Assembly (NCBI GenBank): GCA_963826115.1
Contig: CAWGVS010000006.1
Span: forward strand, 1,088,001-1,152,000
Direction: 5' to 3'
DNA from: an uncultured Candidatus Rokubacteria bacterium
GTDB lineage: Bacteria > Methylomirabilota > Methylomirabilia > Rokubacteriales > DASRDR01
Length of the DNA: 64,000 nucleotides
Shown: positions 19,114 through 28,284 of the stretch, in pieces
Layout: each line of letters opens with the position of its first letter
Numbering within the stretch: the stretch's first letter is position 1
Made by a program: the position numbers and the translations under genes
Notes under the pieces: model-generated
Told to the model about the DNA's origin: nothing
Databases searched by the model: none
The model's input: only the letters and a program-made list of their open reading frames with translations

Positions 19114-20121
19114 ATGAAGAAGGTGCGGTTCGGCATGTGGATTCCGACGTACGCGTGGGCGGACGACCCCGGGACCTCGGAGAGCGTCCGGGAGAACGTC
19201 GCGAAGATCCGGGACTCCGTCGCGAAGTGCGAGGAGCACGGCATCGACGTGTGGGTCATCGACCATCTTCTCTCGGCGCCGGGTCTCTACGGGAACGCGT
19301 GGCTCGAGCCGATCAACGTCCTCACGTACGCCGCTGCCCTCACCAGGCGCGTTCAGCTCGCAACGGGGATCCTGGTCCTCCCCGTCCGGCATCCCGTGGT
19401 GCTGGCCAAGGAGATCTCGACTCTCTGCCACCTCTCCCAGAATCGCTACCTGTTCGGGGTGGGCCCCGGCTGGTACGCGCGGGAGTACGAGGTCACCGGC
19501 ACACGGATCGAGGAGCGCGGAAGGCGGACGGACGAGCTCATCGAGGCGGTGCTCCTCCTCCTCTCCCGGCCCAACGCGACCTTCCACGGGCGCTACTACC
19601 ACTTCGACGACGTGACGATCGATCCGCGACCGCCGACGCCGCCCCCGGTGTGGGTCTCCGGCGGCTCGAGGATCCCGGACCCCGGCGAGCACGATGTGCC
19701 CAAGCTCGCCACGACCGTGGCCGAGCGCATCGTGCGCGCGGGGAACTGGATCTCGCGGTGCTCGGGGAAGCAGGAGTGGGTGAAGCGGGACTGGGAGGAT
19801 CTCCAGCGGCACGCGGTCCGGATGGGGCGCGACCCGGACAAGCTGGTCTTCGGCCACTGCAACTTCACGCACCTCGTGGAGACGCCGAAGCACGAGCGGG
19901 CGGTCGAGGCGTCGCGCGCGCCGTTCCTCCGCGCGATGGGGACCCACCGGAGCTGGGAGCATCTCCAGGAGTGCTACATGGTGGGCTCCATCGACCGCAT
20001 CAACGCCCGCATCGCGGACCTCGTGTCCTCGGGGCTCGAGTACATGGTCCTCGGTCCCGTCACGGACGATCCGAAGCAGATCGACCTCGTCGCCAAGCAC
20101 GTCATGCCGGCGTTCGCCTGA
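19114..20121 (+). CDS. LLM-class flavin-dependent oxidoreductase
   Basis: WVIDHL, LATGILVLPVRHPV, GVGPGWY..EY luciferase-like motifs. Confidence 0.88.
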   Translation: MKKVRFGMWIPTYAWADDPGTSESVRENVAKIRDSVAKCEEHGIDVWVIDHLLSAPGLYGNAWLEPINVLTYAAALTRRVQLATGILVLPVRHPVVLAKEISTLCHLSQNRYLFGVGPGWYAREYEVTGTRIEERGRRTDELIEAVLLLLSRPNATFHGRYYHFDDVTIDPRPPTPPPVWVSGGSRIPDPGEHDVPKLATTVAERIVRAGNWISRCSGKQEWVKRDWEDLQRHAVRMGRDPDKLVFGHCNFTHLVETPKHERAVEASRAPFLRAMGTHRSWEHLQECYMVGSIDRINARIADLVSSGLEYMVLGPVTDDPKQIDLVAKHVMPAFA

Positions 20122-20123
20122 GC

Positions 20124-20762
20124 ATGCCCGCCGCCGGGGACCGCGCCGCCGTCCGGGCGGTGATCTTCGACATCGGCGGGATCCTCGAGGCGCCGTTCGA
20201 GGACGTCCTCGTCCCGGAGATGGCGCGCTTCGTCGGACTTCCGGAGCCCCGGCTCCGGCAGGAGCGCGCGCGGGACGCCCTCGCCCTCACCGAGGGGCGG
20301 ACGACGCTCCGCGAGTTCTACGACCGGGTCGATGCGGGAGCCGTGCGGCGCGCGGATCCGGACGCGGCCGTCGCGCACCACCTGGCGGTCTACGAGTCCG
20401 CGACGGGGACGCTCGACCCTCGCGTCCTCGGGCTGATCGCGGACCTGCGCCGGCGCCGCCTCGTCGTGGCGTGTCTCACGAACACCGAGGTCGAGGTCGG
20501 GCGGTTCAACCGGGCGCGCGACCTGTACCGCGGCTTCGATCGGGCCTTCCTCTCGACCGAGATGGGGCTCCACAAGCCGAGCCGCGCGATCTACGAGCGC
20601 GCCCTGGCCGGGCTCGGCTGCGCGCCCCGCGAGGCCGTCTTCACCGACGACAAGCTGGAGAACGTGGACGGCGCGCGCGCGGTCGACATGCACGGGCTCC
20701 ACTACCGGGACTTCGAGACCTTCTCCGCGGAGCTCGCCAGCCTGGTCGGTCGCGGGCCCTGA
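20124..20762 (+). CDS. HAD family phosphatase
   Basis: IFDIGG, LTNT, GLHKP, FTDD..ENV motifs. Confidence 0.85.
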   Translation: MPAAGDRAAVRAVIFDIGGILEAPFEDVLVPEMARFVGLPEPRLRQERARDALALTEGRTTLREFYDRVDAGAVRRADPDAAVAHHLAVYESATGTLDPRVLGLIADLRRRRLVVACLTNTEVEVGRFNRARDLYRGFDRAFLSTEMGLHKPSRAIYERALAGLGCAPREAVFTDDKLENVDGARAVDMHGLHYRDFETFSAELASLVGRGP

Positions 20763-20764
20763 TC

Positions 20765-23110
20765 GTGGCGACACGGTACGTCGGGGCGGAGGTCCGGCGC
20801 CGCGAGGATCCGCGCCTCCTGAGCGGGCGGGGCCGCTACGTCGACGATCTCCACCCGCCGGGGTGCCTTCACGCCGCCGTCCTCCGGAGCCCGCACGCCC
20901 ACGCTCGGATCCGCGGTGTCCGGTCGGAGCGGGCGCGAGCGCTCCCGGGCGTGGTCGGCTGTTTCACGCTCGCGGACCTCCAGGACGTCCTCCGGCCGCT
21001 CCCCGTCGCCGGCTCGCCGCCGCCTCCGCTCCAGGCGCGGGTCGGGTTCCGGCTGAAGACGGCCGTGCAGCTCGCGCTGGCGGGCGACCGGGTCCGGCAC
21101 GTCGGCGAGCCGGTCGCGGTGGTCGTGGCGACCGACCCCTACGTGGCGCAGGACGCGCTCGACCTGATCGACGTCGACTACGAGCCGCTCCCGCCGGTGG
21201 TCGACGCCGACTCGGCGGTCGCCCCCGGCGCGCCGCTCCTCCACGCGGAATGGGGAGACAACGTCGGCGTCGCGTTCGAGGTCCGCATCGGCGATCCGGC
21301 CGGCGCGCTGGCCGCCGCCGCCTCGCGTGTCCGGGCGCGCTTCCACGTGCCCCGGTACGCCGGGATGCCCCTCGAGCCGCGGGGCATCCTCGTCGAGCCC
21401 GCCGGGCGCGGTGACGGCCTGACGGTCTGGGCTTCCACCCAGGTACCGCACTGGCTCCAGCGAACCCTCTGCGAGACCCTCGACCTGCCGGCCCATCGCG
21501 TGCGGGTGATCGCCCCCGAGGTGGGTGGGGGATTCGGCACGAAGACGACGATCTACCCGGAGGACGTCCTCGTCCCGGTGATCGCGGCCCGGCTGGGGCG
21601 CCCCGTGAAGTGGATCGAGAGCCGCCGCGAGCACCTCGCCAGCGCGACCCACTCGCGGGAGCAGCTCCACGACGCCGAGCTGGGTGCGACGCGCGACGGC
21701 GTGATCGTGGCGTTCCAGGACCGCTTCCTGCTCGATCTCGGGGCGTACAACCCCTGGGGCATCGTGCAGCCGTACAACACGATCGCGCACATCCTCGGGC
21801 CTTACCGGATCCGGAACGCCGCGTTCGAGGGCCGGGCGGTCGTGACCAACAAGACGCCCCACGCGCCCTACCGCGGCGCGGGCCGACCCGAGGCCGTCTT
21901 CGTGATGGACCGGCTGCTCGACCTCCTGGCCCGCGAGGTGCGGCTCGATCCGGCGGAGCTCCGCCGGCGGAACCTGGTCCGGCCCGACGAGATGCCGTAC
22001 GACGTCGGGATGCTCTACCGCGACGGCAACCCGCTGGTCTTCGACGGCGGTGACTTCCCCGACGGGCTCGAGCGGGCGCTCCGCGCGGCGGACTACGACG
22101 CCGTCCGGGCGGCGCAGGCCGAGCTCCGCGGCCGCGGGATCTACCGGGGGATCGGCATCTCCGCCTACGTGGAGGGCACCGGCGTCGGGCCGTACGAGGG
22201 GGCCACCGTGCGGCTCGACGCCTCGGGGAAGGTGGTGGTCGCCACCGGCGCGTGCTCCCAGGGCCAGGGCCACGAGACGGTCTACGCCCAGATCGCGGCG
22301 GACGCTCTCGGCGTCGAGCTCGCCGACGTCGCGGTGATCGGCGGCGACACCGACGCGATCCCGTTCGGCATCGGGACCTTCGCGAGCCGCAGCACCGTGC
22401 TCGCCGGCAACGCGGTGCACGCCTCCGGCACGGCCGTCCGGGCGAAGCTGGTCCGCGCCGCCGCGCGGCTCCTCGAGGCGGCGGAGGCGGATCTGGTGGT
22501 CGAGGGCGGCCGGGTGTCCGTGCGGGGGAGCCCGGGCCGCGCGATCACCTTCGCGGGCATCGTGCGCGCGAGCCTGCCGACGTTCCAGGCTCCGGGCGCG
22601 GTCGAGCCCGACTTCGAGGCGACCACCTACCAGGGCGTGCCCACCGTCACCTACGCGAGCGCCGTGCACGTGGCGGTGGTCGACGTCGATCCCGACACGG
22701 GCCGGGTCCGCCTGGTCCGGTACGTGGTCGCCCACGACTGCGGCCGCGTGATCAACCCCATGCTCGTGGACGGGCAGATCCACGGGGGCGTCGCCCAGGG
22801 CGTGGGCGGCGGGCTCGGCGAGGAGATCGTCTACGACGCGGGGGGGCAGCTCCTCACGGGCTCCCTCATGGACTACGCGATGCCGCGGGCCGACGAGCTG
22901 CCGTTCATCGAGACGGTCCACCTCGAGCATCCGTCGCCGCGCAACCCACTCGGGGTGAAGGGCGTCGGCGAGGGCGGCGCGATCTCGCCGCCAGCCGCGC
23001 TCGCGAACGCCATCGAGGACGCGCTCGCGCCGTTCGGGGTGCGCATCACCGAGGGGCCGGTCACGGCGGCCCGCATCGTCGCGCTCCTCAGGCCTGCGAT
23101 CACGGCCTGA
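20765..23110 (+). CDS. Xanthine dehydrogenase family molybdopterin-binding large subunit (CoxL form II-like)
   Basis: RREDPRLL..G.Y.DD, GGGFG, PYRGAGRPE, QGQGHET, KGVGE. Confidence 0.9.
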   Translation: MATRYVGAEVRRREDPRLLSGRGRYVDDLHPPGCLHAAVLRSPHAHARIRGVRSERARALPGVVGCFTLADLQDVLRPLPVAGSPPPPLQARVGFRLKTAVQLALAGDRVRHVGEPVAVVVATDPYVAQDALDLIDVDYEPLPPVVDADSAVAPGAPLLHAEWGDNVGVAFEVRIGDPAGALAAAASRVRARFHVPRYAGMPLEPRGILVEPAGRGDGLTVWASTQVPHWLQRTLCETLDLPAHRVRVIAPEVGGGFGTKTTIYPEDVLVPVIAARLGRPVKWIESRREHLASATHSREQLHDAELGATRDGVIVAFQDRFLLDLGAYNPWGIVQPYNTIAHILGPYRIRNAAFEGRAVVTNKTPHAPYRGAGRPEAVFVMDRLLDLLAREVRLDPAELRRRNLVRPDEMPYDVGMLYRDGNPLVFDGGDFPDGLERALRAADYDAVRAAQAELRGRGIYRGIGISAYVEGTGVGPYEGATVRLDASGKVVVATGACSQGQGHETVYAQIAADALGVELADVAVIGGDTDAIPFGIGTFASRSTVLAGNAVHASGTAVRAKLVRAAARLLEAAEADLVVEGGRVSVRGSPGRAITFAGIVRASLPTFQAPGAVEPDFEATTYQGVPTVTYASAVHVAVVDVDPDTGRVRLVRYVVAHDCGRVINPMLVDGQIHGGVAQGVGGGLGEEIVYDAGGQLLTGSLMDYAMPRADELPFIETVHLEHPSPRNPLGVKGVGEGGAISPPAALANAIEDALAPFGVRITEGPVTAARIVALLRPAITA

Positions 23111-23573
23111 CGTCCAGGAGCCGGACGTCTCCCTTCAGCCGGAGGTCGATCCGGAGCTTGACCGTGCCGGCGCCCCGGTCGTTGCCGAAGAGGTAGGAGT
23201 AGACGCCGGTCGTCTCCGGCGCGCACGGGACCGTGACTCGGGCCCCCACCCCTTTGCCGAGGACGACGAACGTCGCCGGTGACTTCTCGTCCGGGTGGGA
23301 GTGGAGATTCCAGCTCACCTCGCCGCCCTCCGCCGTGATCTCCGCGACCGCCTCGGCGTCGGCGGCGAACCGCAGGTCCACCTCGGCCCACATCCGCGGG
23401 TAGAGCGTCCACGAGAAGCTCATGGTGCGCGGCGCGCCCGGCGCCAGCGCCTGGGCGAGCGCGGAACCAGGCGCGCCGGCGGCGCCGGCCGCCACCAGCG
23501 CCGCGAGGGTCGCCACGAGCCAGGGCGCTCGCACGACGCCAGCTTGCCAGCGATCCCCGGGCGCCGCTACCAT
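23100..23573 (-). CDS. Exported hypothetical beta-sandwich protein with WNLHSH motif
   Basis: Signal-like ALA|Q followed by beta-rich domain; start uncertain. Confidence 0.55.
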   Translation of the reverse strand: MVAAPGDRWQAGVVRAPWLVATLAALVAAGAAGAPGSALAQALAPGAPRTMSFSWTLYPRMWAEVDLRFAADAEAVAEITAEGGEVSWNLHSHPDEKSPATFVVLGKGVGARVTVPCAPETTGVYSYLFGNDRGAGTVKLRIDLRLKGDVRLLDVRP

Positions 23574-23596
23574 GACTTCCGGGAGGAGCACACGGC

Positions 23597-24289
23597 GTGC
23601 GCGTGATCCGTGGCGTCATGGGGGCGGTGAGACGGCATCCGCGGATCTTCCTCGGGGTCGCGGCCGCGGTCGTGGCGATGTCGATCCTGGGGCCGGTCCT
23701 GGTCCTGTCGGTGGCGCGGAAGCCCGTCGACTACTTCACGTTCAATCCCTGGCTGAAGCGCCTGCCGGCGTACGTCGTCTCGGACACGATCCCGCTCGAG
23801 CAGAAGCTCGAGAAGCTGCCCGCGCTCGCCCTCTTCTGGTTCTCCGCGGACAGCCCGTACGGCGGCACCGACTGGGGCTTCGCCGTCGACGTCACCGACG
23901 TGGCGCGCATCCTGTTCCTGGCCGCGCTCTTCGGCGCGTACTTCGCGCTGGTCGCGCGGCGCCGCGCGGAGCGGGGGCCTGCCGGGACCGGGACAGCGGC
24001 CGCGCGCCGCGGTGGCGTCGCCGGCATGTTCGCCAGCGTCGTGGGCTTGTCGACGGGGCCCTGCAGCGTGATGGGTTGCGGCGCGCCCGTGCTTCCGGTG
24101 GTCGGGCTCGCGTTCGCCGGGCTGTCGAGCGGGACGCTCGCGTTCCTCGCGAGCCTCTCCCGCGTCACGACGCTTCTGATGTTCGTCGCCCTGCTCGCCG
24201 CCGTCGTCGCGCTGGGATGGCGGGTGGGTGGCACCGGGCGGACTGGAGTTACGCCGGCGCGCACTCCCGTCCGGCAAACGACTCCCTAG
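23597..24289 (+). CDS. Hypothetical membrane protein with CSVMGC motif
   Basis: 4-5 hydrophobic helices; GGAGGA SD before GTG. Confidence 0.7.
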   Translation: MRVIRGVMGAVRRHPRIFLGVAAAVVAMSILGPVLVLSVARKPVDYFTFNPWLKRLPAYVVSDTIPLEQKLEKLPALALFWFSADSPYGGTDWGFAVDVTDVARILFLAALFGAYFALVARRRAERGPAGTGTAAARRGGVAGMFASVVGLSTGPCSVMGCGAPVLPVVGLAFAGLSSGTLAFLASLSRVTTLLMFVALLAAVVALGWRVGGTGRTGVTPARTPVRQTTP

Positions 24290-24878
24290 ACCCGGGGTAG
24301 CGTCGCAAGAGGTCCGCGATCGCATCGCAGGGGCGAGGGCGGTCCGGCGGGGTGGGCTGACCCGAGGCGAGAGCTGCCTGATGCTGGGCGAAAAGCCAGG
24401 CGTACATCCGGTCCAGCGCCGCCTGCTCCGACATCCCCTTGACCTGGATCAGGATGTCGACGGCTCGGGCGTCGGCGTCCAGCGTCTTCTGGGCGAGCTC
24501 GCGCTGGCGGTCGACCAGCGAGGTGGCCTTCCCGGGCCCGCGGAGCATCTCGTAGGCGAGGGCCATTGCGATGACGAGGTCCCGGTTGGAGGCCCCCAAG
24601 ACGCGTCGGCTCAGATAGAGCGCGCCCCCCTTGTACACTGCCGCGCTAGACGCGAACTGCGGCAGCGACGGGCTTCCTACCCACGACGCGACAGAGACCT
24701 CGAGCGGCGCCAGCATCCGGTAGCGCTGGGCCGTCGACCGAACGAGGGTCCGGATCTCCTCGAGGCTGGCCGTCTCCTCGGCGGTGAGCGGTGACGTCTC
24801 CTGGCCCCAGGCGGTGACGGGGGCAACGGCGAGAGCGACGAGGGCCATCGAGCGGAGCCAGAGGGCGACGGGTCGCAT
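24249..24878 (-). CDS. Exported hypothetical protein, M48-peptidase-like with degenerate zinc motif
   Basis: Signal peptide; ALAYEMLR...LDADARAV pattern; GGAGGAGG SD. Confidence 0.55.
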   Translation of the reverse strand: MRPVALWLRSMALVALAVAPVTAWGQETSPLTAEETASLEEIRTLVRSTAQRYRMLAPLEVSVASWVGSPSLPQFASSAAVYKGGALYLSRRVLGASNRDLVIAMALAYEMLRGPGKATSLVDRQRELAQKTLDADARAVDILIQVKGMSEQAALDRMYAWLFAQHQAALASGQPTPPDRPRPCDAIADLLRRYPGSRESFAGRECAPA

Positions 24879-24916
24879 GGACCGAGCCTCCTCCTCCCGG
24901 CCGGATTCCGGCCGAG

Positions 24917-25648
24917 CTAGCCGCGCAGTGTCCGCATGACCTCTTCGTTCGCCATCGCCGCGTCCGGGCCGCCCTCGAAGAGGATCTCGCCGCGGTCGAT
25001 GGCGTAGAGCCGGTCGGCGATGCGGCTGGCGGTCGCGAGGTTCGACTCGGCGATCAGGAGCGACACGCCCATGCCCTTGATCAGCCGGGCCGCCTCGATG
25101 AACCGGCTCACCACGACGGGCGCGAGGCCCTCGAAGGGCTCGTCGAGCAGGAGGATCGAGGGGGAGAGGGTGAGCGCCCGCGCGATCGCGACCATCTTCT
25201 TCTGGCCGCCGGAGAGGTTCAGGCCGCGGCGGCTCAGGAACTGCCGGACCTCGGGGAAGAGCTCGAACACCCGCTCGTCGACGCTCGTGCCCGCCGCCAG
25301 GGAGCCCTTGCGGCCGGCGGCGACGAGCGACTGGGCGATCTCGAAGTTCTCCGCGACCGTCAGGTCGGGGAAGATGCCGGCATCCTCCGGGGCGTAGCCG
25401 ATGCCGATCCGCGCGCGCTCGTACGTGGCGAGCTTCGTGATGTCCCGATCCTGGAGCAGGATTCGGCCGCCCCGGATCGGCAGGATCCCCATCGTGCTCT
25501 CGATCGTGGTCGTCTTGCCCGCGCCGTTCCGCCCGACCAGGCAGACCGCCTCGCCTGCGCCGACGCGGAGGGAGATGCCCTGGAGCACGTGGGCGGCTCC
25601 CCGGTAGGTGTGGACGCCCTCCAGCTCGAGCATCGCCCCCGCGGTCAC
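24917..25648 (-). CDS. livF: Branched-chain amino acid type ABC ATPase (LivF-like)
   Basis: GRNGAGKT, LSGGQ, LLLDEP. Confidence 0.9.
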   Translation of the reverse strand: MTAGAMLELEGVHTYRGAAHVLQGISLRVGAGEAVCLVGRNGAGKTTTIESTMGILPIRGGRILLQDRDITKLATYERARIGIGYAPEDAGIFPDLTVAENFEIAQSLVAAGRKGSLAAGTSVDERVFELFPEVRQFLSRRGLNLSGGQKKMVAIARALTLSPSILLLDEPFEGLAPVVVSRFIEAARLIKGMGVSLLIAESNLATASRIADRLYAIDRGEILFEGGPDAAMANEEVMRTLRG

Positions 25649-25658
25649 GGCGTGCCCT

Positions 25659-26414
25659 TCACCGGGTCGCGTGGGTGCCGAGGAGCGTCATCGCCACCTG
25701 CTCGTTCCGCCGGATCTCGTCCGGCGTGCCCGAGGCGAGGACGGCTCCCTGGTGCATGGCGACGATGCGGTCGGAGTAGCGGAACACGATGTCCATGTCG
25801 TGCTCGATCACGACGGCGGTGATGCCCTCGGCGCGGACGACGGCGGTGACGATGTCCATGATGGGCGCTTTCTCTCGAGTGCTGACGCCGCTGGTCGGCT
25901 CGTCGAGGAACAGGAGCTTCGGCCGAAGCGCGTAGGCGAGCGCCACGTCGAGGAGCTTCCGTTCGCCCTGCGAGACGGCCCCGGCGAGCATGGCCGCCTT
26001 GCCCTCCATCCCGAACTGTCGGAGCACCGCCACGGCCTCGTCCCGGACCGCGTGGTCACGGTCCGCCAGCTTCCACAGCCAGCGCGTCTTTCCCTGGCGC
26101 GAGAAGATGGTCAGGGCGACGTTGTCGAGCACGGTCAGATGGTCGAACAGGTTCACCAGCTGGAAGCTGCGCGCGATGCCGGCGCGGATCCGCCCGTTGA
26201 TGGACTCGCGCGTGATGTCCTGCCCGTCGAACACGAGGGCCCCGCGGTCCGCGTGGAAGAAGCCGCTGATGAGGTTCACCAGCGTCGTCTTGCCCGCCCC
26301 GTTCGACCCGATCAGGCCGAGGAACTCGCCCTTGCGGATCGTCAGCGTGACGTCGTCGACCGCCCGGTTGTCCCCGAACGTCTTCGTGACGTTCCGGATC
26401 TCGAGCAGGCTCAC
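25659..26414 (-). CDS. livG: Branched-chain amino acid type ABC ATPase (LivG-like)
   Basis: GSNGAGKT, RSFQ, FLDEPT, IEHDM. Confidence 0.9.
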   Translation of the reverse strand: MSLLEIRNVTKTFGDNRAVDDVTLTIRKGEFLGLIGSNGAGKTTLVNLISGFFHADRGALVFDGQDITRESINGRIRAGIARSFQLVNLFDHLTVLDNVALTIFSRQGKTRWLWKLADRDHAVRDEAVAVLRQFGMEGKAAMLAGAVSQGERKLLDVALAYALRPKLLFLDEPTSGVSTREKAPIMDIVTAVVRAEGITAVVIEHDMDIVFRYSDRIVAMHQGAVLASGTPDEIRRNEQVAMTLLGTHATR

Positions 26415-27412
26415 GACCGCGATCTCCCCCGCCAGCGGGCGACGAGCTGGCCCGCCGTCCCCACGAGGCCGGTGGGCATCGCGAGGACGAGGGTGACCAG
26501 GATGACGCCGAGCACCAGCTGCCAGTAGACGGTGGCGCCGACGGCCCACACCTCGAGGTAGTTGTACACGAAGGCCCCGACGATCGGACCCCAGAAGGTG
26601 CGGAAGCCGCCGAGGACCACCATGAACACGATCCGCCCGGAGAACGGCCAGTAGAGGATGTCCGGCGTCGTCAACCCGTTCAGAGGCACCCACAGGGCGC
26701 CGGCCAGGCCGGTGAAGGCGCCCGACACCAGAAACGCCACGTAGCGATACCGGCGGACCTGGACGCCGACGAACTCCGCCCGGACCTCGTTGTCCCGGAT
26801 GGCCTGGAGGGCCTTCCCGAACGGCGAGTGGACGATCACCCACATGACGGCGGTCGCGACCGCGAACACGCCGAGGACGTAGTAGTAGTACCGGGTCGCG
26901 AGGAACGTCGTCTTGTCCGCGCCGGGGGCGCCCACGACGCCCAGCAGCGTCGGGGTCGGCACCCGGAGCCCGTCGGTCCCGCCGGTGACCCAGAAGAACT
27001 TCATGGCGAGGCTCCAGAGCACCTGCGAGAGCGCGAGCGCGAGGATGCCGAAGAAGATCCGCGTGTAGCGGACGCACACCGAGCCGATCAGCGCCGCCAC
27101 CACCAGGGAGGCCAGCACGCCGCCCACGACGAAGGCCTCCATGGACCGGACGCCCCCGTACTTCACGAGGAACGCCGCGGCGTAGGCGCCGGCGCCGAAG
27201 AAGGCGGAGTGGCCGAACGACAGGAGGCCGGTGTAACCGAGGAGCAGGTTGAAGCCCAGGGCCGCGATTCCGAAGATCAGCCCGTAGGAGACCTGGAGCG
27301 TCTCGAAGGGCGGGAGCACCAGGGGGAGGACGAGAAGGATCGCGCTCCCCAGCGCCACGAGGGCCAGGCGCCCGGGGGTGACGCGGCCGGCGGCGGGGCT
27401 CGTCGCGCTCAT
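26411..27412 (-). CDS. livM: Branched-chain amino acid type ABC permease (LivM-like)
   Basis: GYTGLLSFGH, TGGTDG, SPFG..LQAIRDN. Confidence 0.9.
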   Translation of the reverse strand: MSATSPAAGRVTPGRLALVALGSAILLVLPLVLPPFETLQVSYGLIFGIAALGFNLLLGYTGLLSFGHSAFFGAGAYAAAFLVKYGGVRSMEAFVVGGVLASLVVAALIGSVCVRYTRIFFGILALALSQVLWSLAMKFFWVTGGTDGLRVPTPTLLGVVGAPGADKTTFLATRYYYYVLGVFAVATAVMWVIVHSPFGKALQAIRDNEVRAEFVGVQVRRYRYVAFLVSGAFTGLAGALWVPLNGLTTPDILYWPFSGRIVFMVVLGGFRTFWGPIVGAFVYNYLEVWAVGATVYWQLVLGVILVTLVLAMPTGLVGTAGQLVARWRGRSRS

Positions 27413-28284
27413 GCGCGCCCGAACAGGCCCGCGGGCCGGATGAACAGGACGATCGCGGCGATGAGGTACAGCACGGCAAGCTCGACCTCCGCGAAGTACG
27501 TGATGCCGAGCGTCCGGAGCGCGCCGACGATCAGCGCGCCCGCGAGCGCGCCCTCCAGCGAGCCGAGCCCGCCGATGACCACCACGACGAAGGCCAGGAT
27601 GAGCGCCTCGACGCCCATGCCCAGGACCGCGCCGGAGATGGGCATGACCACCGCCCCCCCGAGGCCCGCCATGAAGCAGCCGATCGCGAACGCCTGGACG
27701 TAGACGCGCTTCACGTTGACCCCCAGCGCTGCCGCCATCCGCATGTCCTGGGAGGTCGCCCGGAGCATGATCCCGAAGCGGGTCTTGTAGACGAAGGCCC
27801 AGAGGCCGGCCGCCGCGACGGCGCCGATCACGATGACGAAGAGGTTGTAGCCGGGGTAGGTGGCCCCCAGTATGGTGACGCTGCCGAGGGCATCCGAGAG
27901 CGCGCTGGCCGTGAGGGGATACGGTCCCCACACGAGGCGCAGGAGATCCTCGAGGATCAAGAGCAGCCCGAACGTGATGAGGAGCTGGTATTCCTCCGCC
28001 CGTCGGTAGAGCGGCCGCAGCATCGTCGGCTCGAGGATCGCTCCGGCGAGCGCGGCCGCGGCCGCGCCGACCAGGAGCACGAGGAAGAGCGCCGCCGGCG
28101 GAACGCTGCCCGCGATAAGCCCCACGGTCCAGGCTGCGACGTAGGCGCCCAGCGCGTAGAGGTTGCCGTGCGCCATGTTGACGATGCGCATGACGCCGTA
28201 GACGAGCGTCAGCCCGCTCGCGATGAGAAACAGGATGGACGCGTAGAAGAGGGAGTTCAGGATCTGGATGACTAGCGTGTCCAC
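27409..28284 (-). CDS. livH: Branched-chain amino acid type ABC permease (LivH-like)
   Basis: GLTLVYGVMRIVNMAHG, TRFG..LRA, VIGGLGS. Confidence 0.9.
   Translation of the reverse strand: MDTLVIQILNSLFYASILFLIASGLTLVYGVMRIVNMAHGNLYALGAYVAAWTVGLIAGSVPPAALFLVLLVGAAAAALAGAILEPTMLRPLYRRAEEYQLLITFGLLLILEDLLRLVWGPYPLTASALSDALGSVTILGATYPGYNLFVIVIGAVAAAGLWAFVYKTRFGIMLRATSQDMRMAAALGVNVKRVYVQAFAIGCFMAGLGGAVVMPISGAVLGMGVEALILAFVVVVIGGLGSLEGALAGALIVGALRTLGITYFAEVELAVLYLIAAIVLFIRPAGLFGRA

Noticed and set aside
20765-23110. Aerobic CO dehydrogenase
   Set aside because: Active-site loop is PYRGAGR, not AYxCSFR, and there are no coxM/S or accessory genes
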